A DNA stretch of 64,000 bases from Bacilli bacterium (GTDB lineage: Bacteria > Bacillota_I > Bacilli_A > RFN20 > CAG-826). The notes beneath the pieces were generated by a model. That model was not told where the DNA came from, ran no database searches, and was given only the letters and a program-made list of their open reading frames with translations. Below are positions 28,806 to 37,492 of the stretch, in pieces; the stretch's first letter is position 1; each line of letters starts with the position of its first letter. The position numbers were made by a program, and so were the translations under genes. Where the stretch lies: positions 15,974-79,973 of the forward strand of contig JAEDDA010000001.1 in NCBI GenBank assembly GCA_016298185.1, in the 5' to 3' direction.

Positions 28806-28830
28806 ATAATATACTAATAATCTACTAAAC
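28806..28830 (-). repeat. Copy C (composite) of TTAGTA-family repeat between parC stop and terminator
   Basis: Minus strand reads ggtttagtagattattagtatattattagat. Contains the 15-mer shared with copies A and B and the 13-mer shared with copy E. Confidence 0.55.
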
Positions 28831-28858
28831 CTTATTATTAACATACTATGTATGTTTA

Positions 28859-31531
28859 TTAGTCATCATCTACATCGAAGATGGATATTTGTTCAAAGGA
28901 CTTATCTTCCTTCTTTTCTTTTGGTTTTTGTGGCTCAATAGGAGTATTTTCTGCTGACTCTTCCACCACATTATCTTCCTCTAATAGGCTTTCGACAGGT
29001 TCATCAGAAATGGAGAGGACTGATTCTGGTTTAATCTTTTCGATAATTGGATACGAGATTGTATTTTTATCGATTCTTTCGATATTTGTATCGAAGACAT
29101 AATTAACAAATGTCCTTGCCGGTAACTTAATATTGGCCTTTGCGTATTTAGTTTCCGCTAATCTGAAGTCATCAACCACTAGTTTATAGATGCTGTTATC
29201 AGTGAGGTGAAGATTTAATTTCATTAAATCTGCTTCCTTATCTACCTTAACGGCGGCAAGTACTTTGTGTGGATCGCCTTTGAAGGATGGGCAAATTTCT
29301 TGTGGTTTACCTAAGCGCGCTGTACGCGTAACCTTATTAACATCTATTACGCGCTCATGACCTTTATCAGTAATAATAATTACTTTAGCTTTTTCGTCTT
29401 CGTGGGCGGCGATTAAGGCTGTTGCTTGATTCTTGCCTAATCCAGAGATAGATTTAACGCCACCGGCCTTAGAACCGAGAATTGTTAAATCGTTCTCGTT
29501 AAAGAGACTAGCAACACCATTACTTGTTATGACAAGTAAGTTGCTATTACCTGTTAAGACTTGGACGCCGACTATTTCGTCACCATTGAGAAGTTTCATA
29601 CATCTAGCTGGACGAGAGCGTTTGAAGGTTTCGATTGCTGAAACGGACATACGCTTAATTTGTCCGAAACGAGTTAAAAACGCTAAATAAACATCGCTTC
29701 TAAGTTGGTGAATGGCGATGGCTTTAATGATCTTTTCACCAGAGGCAAATGTAATCAAAGTATTGAGGTGGATGCCTTCATCTTTGAAACGATTTTCGGT
29801 GAGTTTATGAACAGGAATCACTGCATAGTTACCTAAGTTTGTAAAACAAACTAGGTAATCAGTTGTTAACACTTGTCCTAACGCCACGACTACATCACCA
29901 TCTTTTAAACCTGGTTCGGCATCATCGCCAGACCCTTTAAAGGACTTAATTGTGGAACGTTTTGCATAGCCATCACGTGTGACGACAACAATGGTTTCTT
30001 CTTCGGCAATAAGCTGACGCTTATCAATTGGTTTATCGTCTTCTTTTTGCTCGATTTGAGTACGTCTATCATCCCCATATTTTGCGGAAATTTGTTTTAA
30101 GTCTTTGATTAAAACACGGTTCAATTTCGCTGGATCGTTGAGAATTTCTGTGAGACTTTCGATATCTTTAACGAGTTGTTTTCTTTCGTTTTCGAGAATA
30201 ACTTCGTCGGTATGACTTAATTTGTATAAAGGCATTGTAACGATGGCTTCAGCTTGTTCGTTTGAGAAACTGAAATGCTTCATCAAATTAACTTTACTAT
30301 CTGCTTTATCCTTACTCTTTCTAATGATTTCCACGACTTCATTAATACAAAGCGAAGCTTTGATTAATCCTTCGACGATATGGAGTCTTGCGGAGAACTT
30401 TTCTAAGTCGAATTTGCTTTGTCTTGTAACGACATCAACTTGGTGGTCAATGTAACTGTCGATGAAGTCTAAAAGCGTTAATGTTTTTGGTCTGCCATTA
30501 ACGATTGCCACCATGTTTGCAGAATATGATGTCACTAAAGGCGTTTTTGCCTTTAAGTATTTGAGTAAGAGATCAACTTTGGCATCTTTTTTACAATCAA
30601 TTGCAATTCTAATGCCTTTGTAATCGGATTCATCTCTCACTTCAATAAGACCACTGACACTTTTTGCGTGGATAATTTTGTCTATTTCATAGACAAGGTC
30701 TTTTTTGACCACTTTATAAGGTATTTCAGTGATAATAATTTGTTGATTATCTTTGTTTTGGATGATTTCTGCTTTCGCGGCAACTTCAATCTTTCCGCGA
30801 CCTTTTAAATAAATATTTTTGAGGCCTTCGGATTCATAAATAATTCCACCACCTGGGAAGTCTGGACCTTTGACAAATTCTAATAAGTCTTCAGTTGTCG
30901 CGGTCTTGTGACCAATACGGTAAATTGTCGCATCAATGATTTCTCTAAGGTTATGAGGTGGTATTTCAGTTGCTAAAGCAACTGCGATACCTTCAGTACC
31001 ATTAACTAATAAGTTAGGGAATCTAGATGGTAAAACAATTGGTTCATATTCGGTATCGTCGAAATTTAGTTGCATATCAACTGTCTTTTTTTCGATATCA
31101 CGAATAAGTTCGTTGGATAATTCGCTTAATCTTGATTCGGTATAACGGTAAGCGGCAGGTGAGTCGCCATCGATAGAACCATTATTACCCTGGAAGTCGA
31201 TTAATGGGTATCTTACTTTCCAATCTTGGCTCATTCTTGCGAGAGCTTCATAGATGGATATATCACCGTGTGGGTGGAAAGTACCCATAACCGCACCAAC
31301 GGTATGAGCGCACTTCTTTGTGGGCTTGTTAAAAGTGTTACCACTTTTATACATTGAGAAGATGATTCTTCTTTGAACTGGTTTTAAACCGTCTCTCACA
31401 TCTGGGATAGCACGATCTTGAATAACGTATTTAGCATAGGTGGCATATCTCTCACCCATGACTTCTTCAAGAGGTTCAACAGAAATCTTTTCGATGATTT
31501 CTTCAATGACTTCTTCTTTTTTCTTTGCCAT
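28859..31531 (-). CDS. parC: DNA topoisomerase IV subunit A with acidic C-terminal tail
   Basis: Type IIA topoisomerase A subunit (catalytic Tyr region AAMRYTE-like). No GyrA-box QRRGGKG seen. Adjacent to plsY as B. subtilis parEC. Tail ...DKSFEQISIFDVDDD. Confidence 0.7.
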   Translation of the reverse strand: MAKKKEEVIEEIIEKISVEPLEEVMGERYATYAKYVIQDRAIPDVRDGLKPVQRRIIFSMYKSGNTFNKPTKKCAHTVGAVMGTFHPHGDISIYEALARMSQDWKVRYPLIDFQGNNGSIDGDSPAAYRYTESRLSELSNELIRDIEKKTVDMQLNFDDTEYEPIVLPSRFPNLLVNGTEGIAVALATEIPPHNLREIIDATIYRIGHKTATTEDLLEFVKGPDFPGGGIIYESEGLKNIYLKGRGKIEVAAKAEIIQNKDNQQIIITEIPYKVVKKDLVYEIDKIIHAKSVSGLIEVRDESDYKGIRIAIDCKKDAKVDLLLKYLKAKTPLVTSYSANMVAIVNGRPKTLTLLDFIDSYIDHQVDVVTRQSKFDLEKFSARLHIVEGLIKASLCINEVVEIIRKSKDKADSKVNLMKHFSFSNEQAEAIVTMPLYKLSHTDEVILENERKQLVKDIESLTEILNDPAKLNRVLIKDLKQISAKYGDDRRTQIEQKEDDKPIDKRQLIAEEETIVVVTRDGYAKRSTIKSFKGSGDDAEPGLKDGDVVVALGQVLTTDYLVCFTNLGNYAVIPVHKLTENRFKDEGIHLNTLITFASGEKIIKAIAIHQLRSDVYLAFLTRFGQIKRMSVSAIETFKRSRPARCMKLLNGDEIVGVQVLTGNSNLLVITSNGVASLFNENDLTILGSKAGGVKSISGLGKNQATALIAAHEDEKAKVIIITDKGHERVIDVNKVTRTARLGKPQEICPSFKGDPHKVLAAVKVDKEADLMKLNLHLTDNSIYKLVVDDFRLAETKYAKANIKLPARTFVNYVFDTNIERIDKNTISYPIIEKIKPESVLSISDEPVESLLEEDNVVEESAENTPIEPQKPKEKKEDKSFEQISIFDVDDD

Positions 31532-33477
31532 TATTTGACCTCCTTCATAAATGTATCAACTTCATTGAAGTTGACATTCTCTTCAACCCACTTCTTTCTA
31601 CTGCTTGTGTCTTTGCCCATAAGGACACTAACACGAGAGTCAGCAAGAAGAGGATCTTCAATATCAACACGGATTAAAAGTCTTGTTTTAGGATCCATGG
31701 TTGTTTCTTTTAATTGGAGAGCATCCATTTCACCAAGACCTTTATATCTGGAAACTTTATATCCAGCACCGATTGTTTTCTTGGCTTTTTCTAATCCTTC
31801 GTCGTCCCAAGCGTATTCTTGACGCATCTTTTTGTTTTCTTCTTTATATATTCTATATAAAGGAGGCACAGCAATATAGACGTGTCCAGAGGTGATTAAA
31901 GGACGCATATAGTGATAGAAGAATGTAAGCAATAATGTTTGAATATGTGCACCGTCAGTATCAGCATCGGTCATGATGATGATTTTGCCATAATGGATGT
32001 CATCAATATCAAATGATTGGCCAAAACCCGCACCGATTGTGTTGATGATGGTCGCAATTTCTTCATTCTTGAGGACTGCTGTTAATGGAAGTCCATCAGT
32101 ATTTAATGGTTTACCACGAAGTGGTAAGATTGCTTGATGTAATCTATCTCTACCTTTCTTAGCACTACCACCAGCGGAATCGCCTTCGACGATAAACAAT
32201 TCGTTTCTAGCGTAATCTTTACTTTGTGCTGGTGTTAATTTGTCAGAAAGAATAATCTCTGTTTTGGCTTTTTTTGCACTTCTTGCTTCATCTTTCGCTT
32301 TTCTAGCGGCAATTCTTGCGGCTTGACTATCTAAGCACTTCTTAATGAGTAAGGAAGCAATCTCTCTATTCTCTGTTAAATAATAAGTAAACTTATTATA
32401 GATAAAGTTTTGCACAATGTAGGTTGCTTCTTGAGTACCTAATTTACCCTTGGTTTGACCCTCGAATTCGAGCAATTTTTCAGGTACTTTAAGTGAAATG
32501 ATTGCAGTTATGCCTTCTCTGATATCGTTACCATCGAGTTTTTTACCATGCAAAATATTATAGTTTTCACCAAAATCATTAACGGCTCTTGTAATACCAG
32601 TTTTAAAGCCAACTTCATGGGTTCCACCCTCTTTTGTTCTTACGTTATTTACGTAAGACAAGATGGTTTCGTTATAGTCTTCATTACAGTATTGAAGAGC
32701 AATTTCTGTGCTAATTCCAGTGGCTTCATCGACATCTGAAAAGCTAGCGATTGGTGTCATTGGATTCTTATTAACATTGATACTTGCAACATACTCAACA
32801 AGACCATTTTCATAGAAGAATTCTTCGTTATCACCGGTTCTTTCATCGACCAAGACAAATCTCACACCCTTCATTAAGAAAGCACTTTCTCTAAGGTGTC
32901 CAGCGATGATATCACGCTTGAATTCCACTGTTGAAAAAATGGTTGGATCAGGCAAAAATCTTACGAGTGTACCGTGCTTTTTGGTATTGCCTAACTTCTC
33001 TAATGGTTGGACGATATGACCACCATTTTCAAAGCGCATGTGGTAAATAGTACCGTCTTTATAGACGGTAACATCTAAATAAACACTTAAAGCATTGGTA
33101 ACAGAAGCACCAACACCATGTAATCCGGCAGCGGACTTATATACGGCACTATTAAATTTTCCACCAGCATGTAATTCGGTAAAGACAAGTTCAACTGCAG
33201 GTCTTCCTGTTTCCTTATTGATTCCGCATGGAATACCACGACCTTCATCTAGAACTGAACAGGAACCATCCTTGTGAATTGTGATTGTAATCTTATTTCC
33301 GAATCCTGATAATGCTTCATCGACTGCGTTATCGACAATTTCCCAAACTAAATGATGTAGACCGGTTCCGTTTGTAGATCCGATATACATGGCTGGTCTT
33401 TTTCTGACACCTTCAAGTCCTTGTAAAACATGAATGTCATCAGCTGTATATGTGGTTTTAATATTATTACTTGCCAT
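31531..33477 (-). CDS. parE: DNA topoisomerase IV subunit B
   Basis: GHKL ATPase, TOPRIM (EGDSAGGSAK), PLRGK. Probable start ATG 33477 (MASNNIKTTY) with GAAGG RBS; the listed 33513 start gives a 12-aa implausible extension. Confidence 0.7.
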   Translation of the reverse strand: MASNNIKTTYTADDIHVLQGLEGVRKRPAMYIGSTNGTGLHHLVWEIVDNAVDEALSGFGNKITITIHKDGSCSVLDEGRGIPCGINKETGRPAVELVFTELHAGGKFNSAVYKSAAGLHGVGASVTNALSVYLDVTVYKDGTIYHMRFENGGHIVQPLEKLGNTKKHGTLVRFLPDPTIFSTVEFKRDIIAGHLRESAFLMKGVRFVLVDERTGDNEEFFYENGLVEYVASINVNKNPMTPIASFSDVDEATGISTEIALQYCNEDYNETILSYVNNVRTKEGGTHEVGFKTGITRAVNDFGENYNILHGKKLDGNDIREGITAIISLKVPEKLLEFEGQTKGKLGTQEATYIVQNFIYNKFTYYLTENREIASLLIKKCLDSQAARIAARKAKDEARSAKKAKTEIILSDKLTPAQSKDYARNELFIVEGDSAGGSAKKGRDRLHQAILPLRGKPLNTDGLPLTAVLKNEEIATIINTIGAGFGQSFDIDDIHYGKIIIMTDADTDGAHIQTLLLTFFYHYMRPLITSGHVYIAVPPLYRIYKEENKKMRQEYAWDDEGLEKAKKTIGAGYKVSRYKGLGEMDALQLKETTMDPKTRLLIRVDIEDPLLADSRVSVLMGKDTSSRKKWVEENVNFNEVDTFMKEVK

Positions 33478-33575
33478 ATAGCTACCTTCTAAGTCGCTTT
33501 TAATTATAATCAAAAATTATTGCAAATATAAAGTTATTTAGTATAATGGACTGCGTTATTTAAAGGAGGCAAAAT

Positions 33576-34379
33576 ATGAATATATTAACTATTAATATAT
33601 TGGTAGCATTATTTTGTTTAGTAATTGGATACCTATTCGGATCAATACCCACATCAGTGTGGGTTGGAAAAGTTTTCTTCCATCAAGACCCAAGAGATTA
33701 TGGTTCCCACAATGCTGGTGGTACAAACGCTGGTAGATTATGGGGAAAGAAAGTCGGTTTAATAATCATTATTCTCGATATGTTAAAAACCATTGCACCT
33801 ATCTATGCCATGTGGGCAATTTTAACTTTCGTCAAATTTGACTATCACGGAATTAGTGAATTCGCCGCTCAAAGTATAGAAAATACTAAACCATTAATGG
33901 CAGATGTCAAAACATTCTATACAGACATGAATAGCAATTATGCTATTCAATGGCCTGTTTATTGGATTGTCGCTATCGGTGCAATGATCGGTCACTGCTG
34001 GCCAGTCTTTGCTCAATTCAAAGGTGGCAAGGCTGCAAGTATGTTCATGGGCACCACCGTTATGTGTTCTTGGATGCTCGGTTTCTTACCTGGTTTCTTC
34101 TACTTAGGAACACTCAAATGGAAAAAGATGGTTTCCCTTTCTGCAATTCTTCAAGCGATATTTGTTAGTTTAATCACATGGGCTTGGGCCATCTTAGTTC
34201 AAGTCAAAGTAATTCCTGGTGATTGGGCTTGGTTACCAATGTACGGACCTTCTTTAAATCCGAACTGGGTTTACGCTACAGTCGTTACAATTCTCGGCGC
34301 TGTTATGGTTGCAAGACACCATCAAAACATCAAGAGAATTTTAGCGGGAGAAGAAAGAAAAATCACTTGGATGAAATAA
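33576..34379 (+). CDS. plsY: Glycerol-3-phosphate acyltransferase PlsY (with about 60-aa insertion)
   Basis: GSIPTS...GSHNAGGTNAGR motif. 267 aa versus about 200 typical. Confidence 0.8.
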   Translation: MNILTINILVALFCLVIGYLFGSIPTSVWVGKVFFHQDPRDYGSHNAGGTNAGRLWGKKVGLIIIILDMLKTIAPIYAMWAILTFVKFDYHGISEFAAQSIENTKPLMADVKTFYTDMNSNYAIQWPVYWIVAIGAMIGHCWPVFAQFKGGKAASMFMGTTVMCSWMLGFLPGFFYLGTLKWKKMVSLSAILQAIFVSLITWAWAILVQVKVIPGDWAWLPMYGPSLNPNWVYATVVTILGAVMVARHHQNIKRILAGEERKITWMK

Positions 34380-34383
34380 ATCT

Positions 34384-34403
34384 AATTAGTAGATTATTAG
34401 TAA
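34384..34403 (+). repeat. Copy B of TTAGTA-family repeat directly after plsY stop
   Basis: TAA atc TAA t TAG TAG at TAT TAG TAA: 16-mer shared with copy A. Stop codons in all three frames. Confidence 0.55.
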
Positions 34404-34406
34404 ATG

Positions 34407-34437
34407 ACCTATACATATGTATAGGTTTTTTATTTTT
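34407..34437 (+). terminator. Rho-independent terminator after plsY (palindromic, possibly bidirectional)
   Basis: ACCTATAC / atat / GTATAGGT followed by TTTTTTATTTTT. Confidence 0.65.
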
Positions 34438-34586
34438 CCTCTCAACACCACGATTGTCCTTTTCTTCTAATTTGTAATATTATATCTAAGCTCTTTTTTG
34501 GACAATCTAAGAGACATTATCTTTTACACCACAACAATATAACTAACTATGTGCTTATGCGTCTTAATTTAACTATAATTAAGGAC

Positions 34587-34613
34587 AAAAAAAGAAGGCT
34601 CTTCTGAACCTTC
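34587..34613 (-). terminator. Rho-independent terminator after yneF (minus strand)
   Basis: Minus strand GAAGG / ttcagaagag / CCTTC followed by TTTTTTT. Confidence 0.45.
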
Positions 34614-34633
34614 ATTTTTAGACGTTTTAAGCG

Positions 34634-34855
34634 TTATTGCTTATTCATGTTTCTCATTATCTCACGAATTTGTTTTTCGCTTGGTGTACGGCCCATTTGA
34701 GCAAACATTACACGAATCATCTTTTCGTTGATTGGAGGATTCTTTTGCATTTCTCTTTTTAAGAGCCATCTTGCAAGGAAGAAACCAATGACGCCTCCGA
34801 CAAGGAGAACTCCGATTAAGGAGAAGATGAATACTGCGATATTAATTTCGAACAT
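34634..34855 (-). CDS. yneF: UPF0154/YneF-family small membrane protein
   Basis: 73 aa. Single TM then basic helix. Position next to plsY as B. subtilis yneF. Confidence 0.6.
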   Translation of the reverse strand: MFEINIAVFIFSLIGVLLVGGVIGFFLARWLLKREMQKNPPINEKMIRVMFAQMGRTPSEKQIREIMRNMNKQ

Positions 34856-34866
34856 AAGTATACTCC

Positions 34867-35424
34867 TTATGCTCTGCTATCGTATTCGCCATTATCTGTA
34901 CGGACGAGAACAACTTCGCCTTCTTCGATAAATAATGGAACACGAACTGTAATGCCGGTTTCAAGAACTGCTTCTTTTGTAGCTTTGTTGACTGTGTCAC
35001 CACGAACTGCTGGTTGGCATTCGACGATCTTTAAGGCAACTTTAGCTGGTAAGCTAATGTCTAAGACTTCACCATCATAGGATGTGATATCAACGATTTC
35101 GTCACCTTTGAGGAATTTGCATTCCCATTCTAAGCGGCTCTTAGAGATTTCGATTTGTTCATAGGTTTCTTGATCCATAAACACTAAGAAATCACCGGAA
35201 TCATATAAATATTGCATGGCTTTCTTATCAAGACGGATGTTTTCAATGGCATAGCCAGAGTTACGAGAGATTTCGGTAACAGCACCTGTTCTCATGTTTT
35301 TGGCTTTAACAACAGCAACCATCTTTCTCATAGCGGTCTTGTTTAACAAAATGTCTAAGACTTTGTAAATTTGACCATCTTCAATGAAATAGTTTCCTGG
35401 TCTTAATTCTGTAACATTAATCAT
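34867..35424 (-). CDS. efp: Elongation factor P (non-canonical beta3-beta4 loop)
   Basis: Full-length alignment to EF-P (KOW, OB domains). Loop reads LLNKTAMRKMVA instead of the usual HVKPGKGSAF. Confidence 0.9.
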   Translation of the reverse strand: MINVTELRPGNYFIEDGQIYKVLDILLNKTAMRKMVAVVKAKNMRTGAVTEISRNSGYAIENIRLDKKAMQYLYDSGDFLVFMDQETYEQIEISKSRLEWECKFLKGDEIVDITSYDGEVLDISLPAKVALKIVECQPAVRGDTVNKATKEAVLETGITVRVPLFIEEGEVVLVRTDNGEYDSRA

Positions 35425-35493
35425 GTTTTAGGCCTCCTTCTTATTAAATTGCAGTTGATATTATATCAAAGCAATATTTTTTAACGCAAGATA

Positions 35494-36117
35494 TTATAAA
35501 TATGCTTCTGGGTTAGCTTCTCTTAAAGAACAACTATCCCCATGTCCTGGATATATCGTAATGTCTTTATCTAACTTTGTGAGTTTATAAAGAGAATGAT
35601 GTTCTAGCTCGGGAATGGCGTATGGAAAATCAGTTCTTCCAATACCTTCTGAAAATAATGAATCACCGGTAAAGAGGATTTTATTATCTTTTAGATAAAA
35701 ACACACCGAACCTTTTGTGTGGAAAGGTGTCGCAATGACTTCAATTGGCGATTTTAAGAGGTGAAAAATCTCACCATCAGTAAATGTATTCACATCTCCA
35801 TCATAGTAAATGTCAGTGCGAGAAAAACGATTTGAACCATTAAGATGTGAATCGCCTAACATGCATTCATCATCTTTGTGGATAAAGACAGGGACATCAA
35901 AAGCTTTAAGTAACGCAGGTAAACCTTGAATATGATCAAAATGACCATGAGTTAAAAGAATCCCATTTAACTTCAAATGGTTTGCGTTAATAAAATCGAC
36001 AACATCATTATTGTTTTTGCCTGAATCGATGACAACACATTCCGATTCATCATATAAAACATAAGTGTTGGCGTTTAATTCAAAGAATCCTTCGTATTGA
36101 AATAGTTTAACGTTCAT
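35494..36117 (-). CDS. MBL-fold metallo-hydrolase
   Basis: LTHGHFDH (HxHxDH) motif. 207 aa. Confidence 0.7.
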   Translation of the reverse strand: MNVKLFQYEGFFELNANTYVLYDESECVVIDSGKNNNDVVDFINANHLKLNGILLTHGHFDHIQGLPALLKAFDVPVFIHKDDECMLGDSHLNGSNRFSRTDIYYDGDVNTFTDGEIFHLLKSPIEVIATPFHTKGSVCFYLKDNKILFTGDSLFSEGIGRTDFPYAIPELEHHSLYKLTKLDKDITIYPGHGDSCSLREANPEAYL

Positions 36118-36120
36118 ATC

Positions 36121-36155
36121 TTTCTTTATAAAAGAAAAATAGGCGATTGCCTATT
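36121..36155 (-). terminator. Rho-independent terminator after rpmG, overlapping its stop codon
   Basis: Minus strand AATAGGC / aatc / GCCTATT followed by TTTTCTTTT. Confidence 0.5.
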
Positions 36156-36321
36156 ATTTCTTTTTCTCACGGTGAAGAGTCATCTTTTTGCAACGTGGGC
36201 AGTATTTATTGAGCTCGAGACGTTCTGTGTGATGTCTTTTATTCTTCGATGTGAGATAGTTTTCTTCACCACATACGGTGCATTTTAATGTTAATGAGAT
36301 ACGATCTTCTTTCTTTGCCAT
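36154..36321 (-). CDS. rpmG: 50S ribosomal protein L33 (zinc-ribbon C+ form). Not in supplied ORF track.
   Basis: Translation [55 protein letters not shown] (55 aa). AAGGAGA RBS upstream. Confidence 0.8.
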   Translation of the reverse strand: MAKKEDRISLTLKCTVCGEENYLTSKNKRHHTERLELNKYCPRCKKMTLHREKKK

Positions 36322-36424
36322 ATAATTCTTATCTCCTTGATAGCGCTTAATATCTTATCATTTATCTTTCATTATGAAAAGTATATTTTTTAAGTGTTTT
36401 TCTTAGTTCAATTTATCGGCCTAA

Positions 36425-36433
36425 TGGTATAAT
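36425..36433 (+). promoter_or_regulatory. Extended -10 element (TGgTATAAT) ending 6 nt before the ispG ATG. Suggests leaderless ispG mRNA.
   Basis: TG 36425-36426, TATAAT 36428-36433, ATG at 36440. No Shine-Dalgarno sequence in between. Confidence 0.45.
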
Positions 36434-36439
36434 GTTTCC

Positions 36440-37492
36440 ATGATGAAACGAAATGACACTAGACCAGTACATATCAAAGATATAGTCATGGGCGGACAGA
36501 ATAAAGTTCTTATTCAATCCATGTGTAATATCAAAACCGAAAAAGTAGAACAAGTCGTTAAACAAATCAACGAATGTGCTATCTTGGGTGCGGACCTAAT
36601 GCGCGTATCCGTTATGGATGAAGCGGACGCATATGCAATAGGAGAAATCAAAAAACATATTTCCATTCCGTTGGTCGCCGATATTCATTTTGATTATCAT
36701 TTAGCGCTAATCGCGATGCGTATGGGCGTAGATAAAGTGCGTATAAACCCAGGTAATATTGGTTCCTTTGATAAAATCAAAGAAGTAGTGGACCTCGCTA
36801 AAGAAAAACACATTCCAATTAGAATCGGTGTCAATTCCGGTTCTTTAGATAAAGAAATACATGACTATTCAACACAATATACCGCCGAGAAACTTGTGGA
36901 GTCTGCGAAGAAGCATGTAAAGATTTTAGAAGACTTGGGCTTCTACGATATTGTTATATCTTTAAAAGGAAGTAATATTTTAGAAACTATCGCCGCTTAT
37001 AGATTAGCGAGTGAAACATTCCCTTACCCATTACATTTAGGCATCACAGAAGCCGGATTTAAAGATATTGCGATTATTAGATCTGCAGCGGGATTAGCGC
37101 CTTTATTATTAGAGGGGATCGGAGATACAATCCGTATTTCTATCTCTGGCGATCCAAGAGATGAAGTTATCGCCGCAAAGCGTTTATTACATGACTGTGG
37201 ATTATATCCAAACTACCCAACTTTAGTGGCTTGCCCAACGTGTGGCAGAACTCAAGTTGATGTTCCTGCTTTAGCAAAGAAAGTTATGGACTATCTTGAA
37301 ACAATTAATAAACCAATCCATGTTGCAGTCATGGGTTGTATAGTTAATGGACCAGGCGAAGCCAAGAATGCAGATATCGGCATTGCCGGTGGCTGCCATG
37401 AATATGTTATCTTTAAAAAAGATAAGGTAATTAAAAAGGTTCCAGAAGCCGAAGCCTTTGAAACCTTAAAAGAAGAAATTGATAAGCTCTAG
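36440..37492 (+). CDS. ispG: 4-hydroxy-3-methylbut-2-en-1-yl diphosphate synthase (flavodoxin)
   Basis: TRPVHIKDIVMGG...QSM N-terminal TIM barrel. C-terminal CPTCGR...GC Fe-S ligands. Confidence 0.9.
   Translation: MMKRNDTRPVHIKDIVMGGQNKVLIQSMCNIKTEKVEQVVKQINECAILGADLMRVSVMDEADAYAIGEIKKHISIPLVADIHFDYHLALIAMRMGVDKVRINPGNIGSFDKIKEVVDLAKEKHIPIRIGVNSGSLDKEIHDYSTQYTAEKLVESAKKHVKILEDLGFYDIVISLKGSNILETIAAYRLASETFPYPLHLGITEAGFKDIAIIRSAAGLAPLLLEGIGDTIRISISGDPRDEVIAAKRLLHDCGLYPNYPTLVACPTCGRTQVDVPALAKKVMDYLETINKPIHVAVMGCIVNGPGEAKNADIGIAGGCHEYVIFKKDKVIKKVPEAEAFETLKEEIDKL

Noticed and set aside
28859-33513. Possibility that the type II topoisomerase pair is gyrB-gyrA
   Set aside because: There is no dnaA/dnaN/recF context and no GyrA-box. 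The pair is adjacent to plsY as in the B. subtilis parEC locus. Called topo IV, at moderate confidence.
34440-34500. Possible minus-strand small RNA promoter (TTGTCC-N15-TATAAT) in the plsY/yneF spacer
   Set aside because: The spacer is only 15 nt and no U-tract terminator lies in the transcribed direction. The evidence is insufficient.
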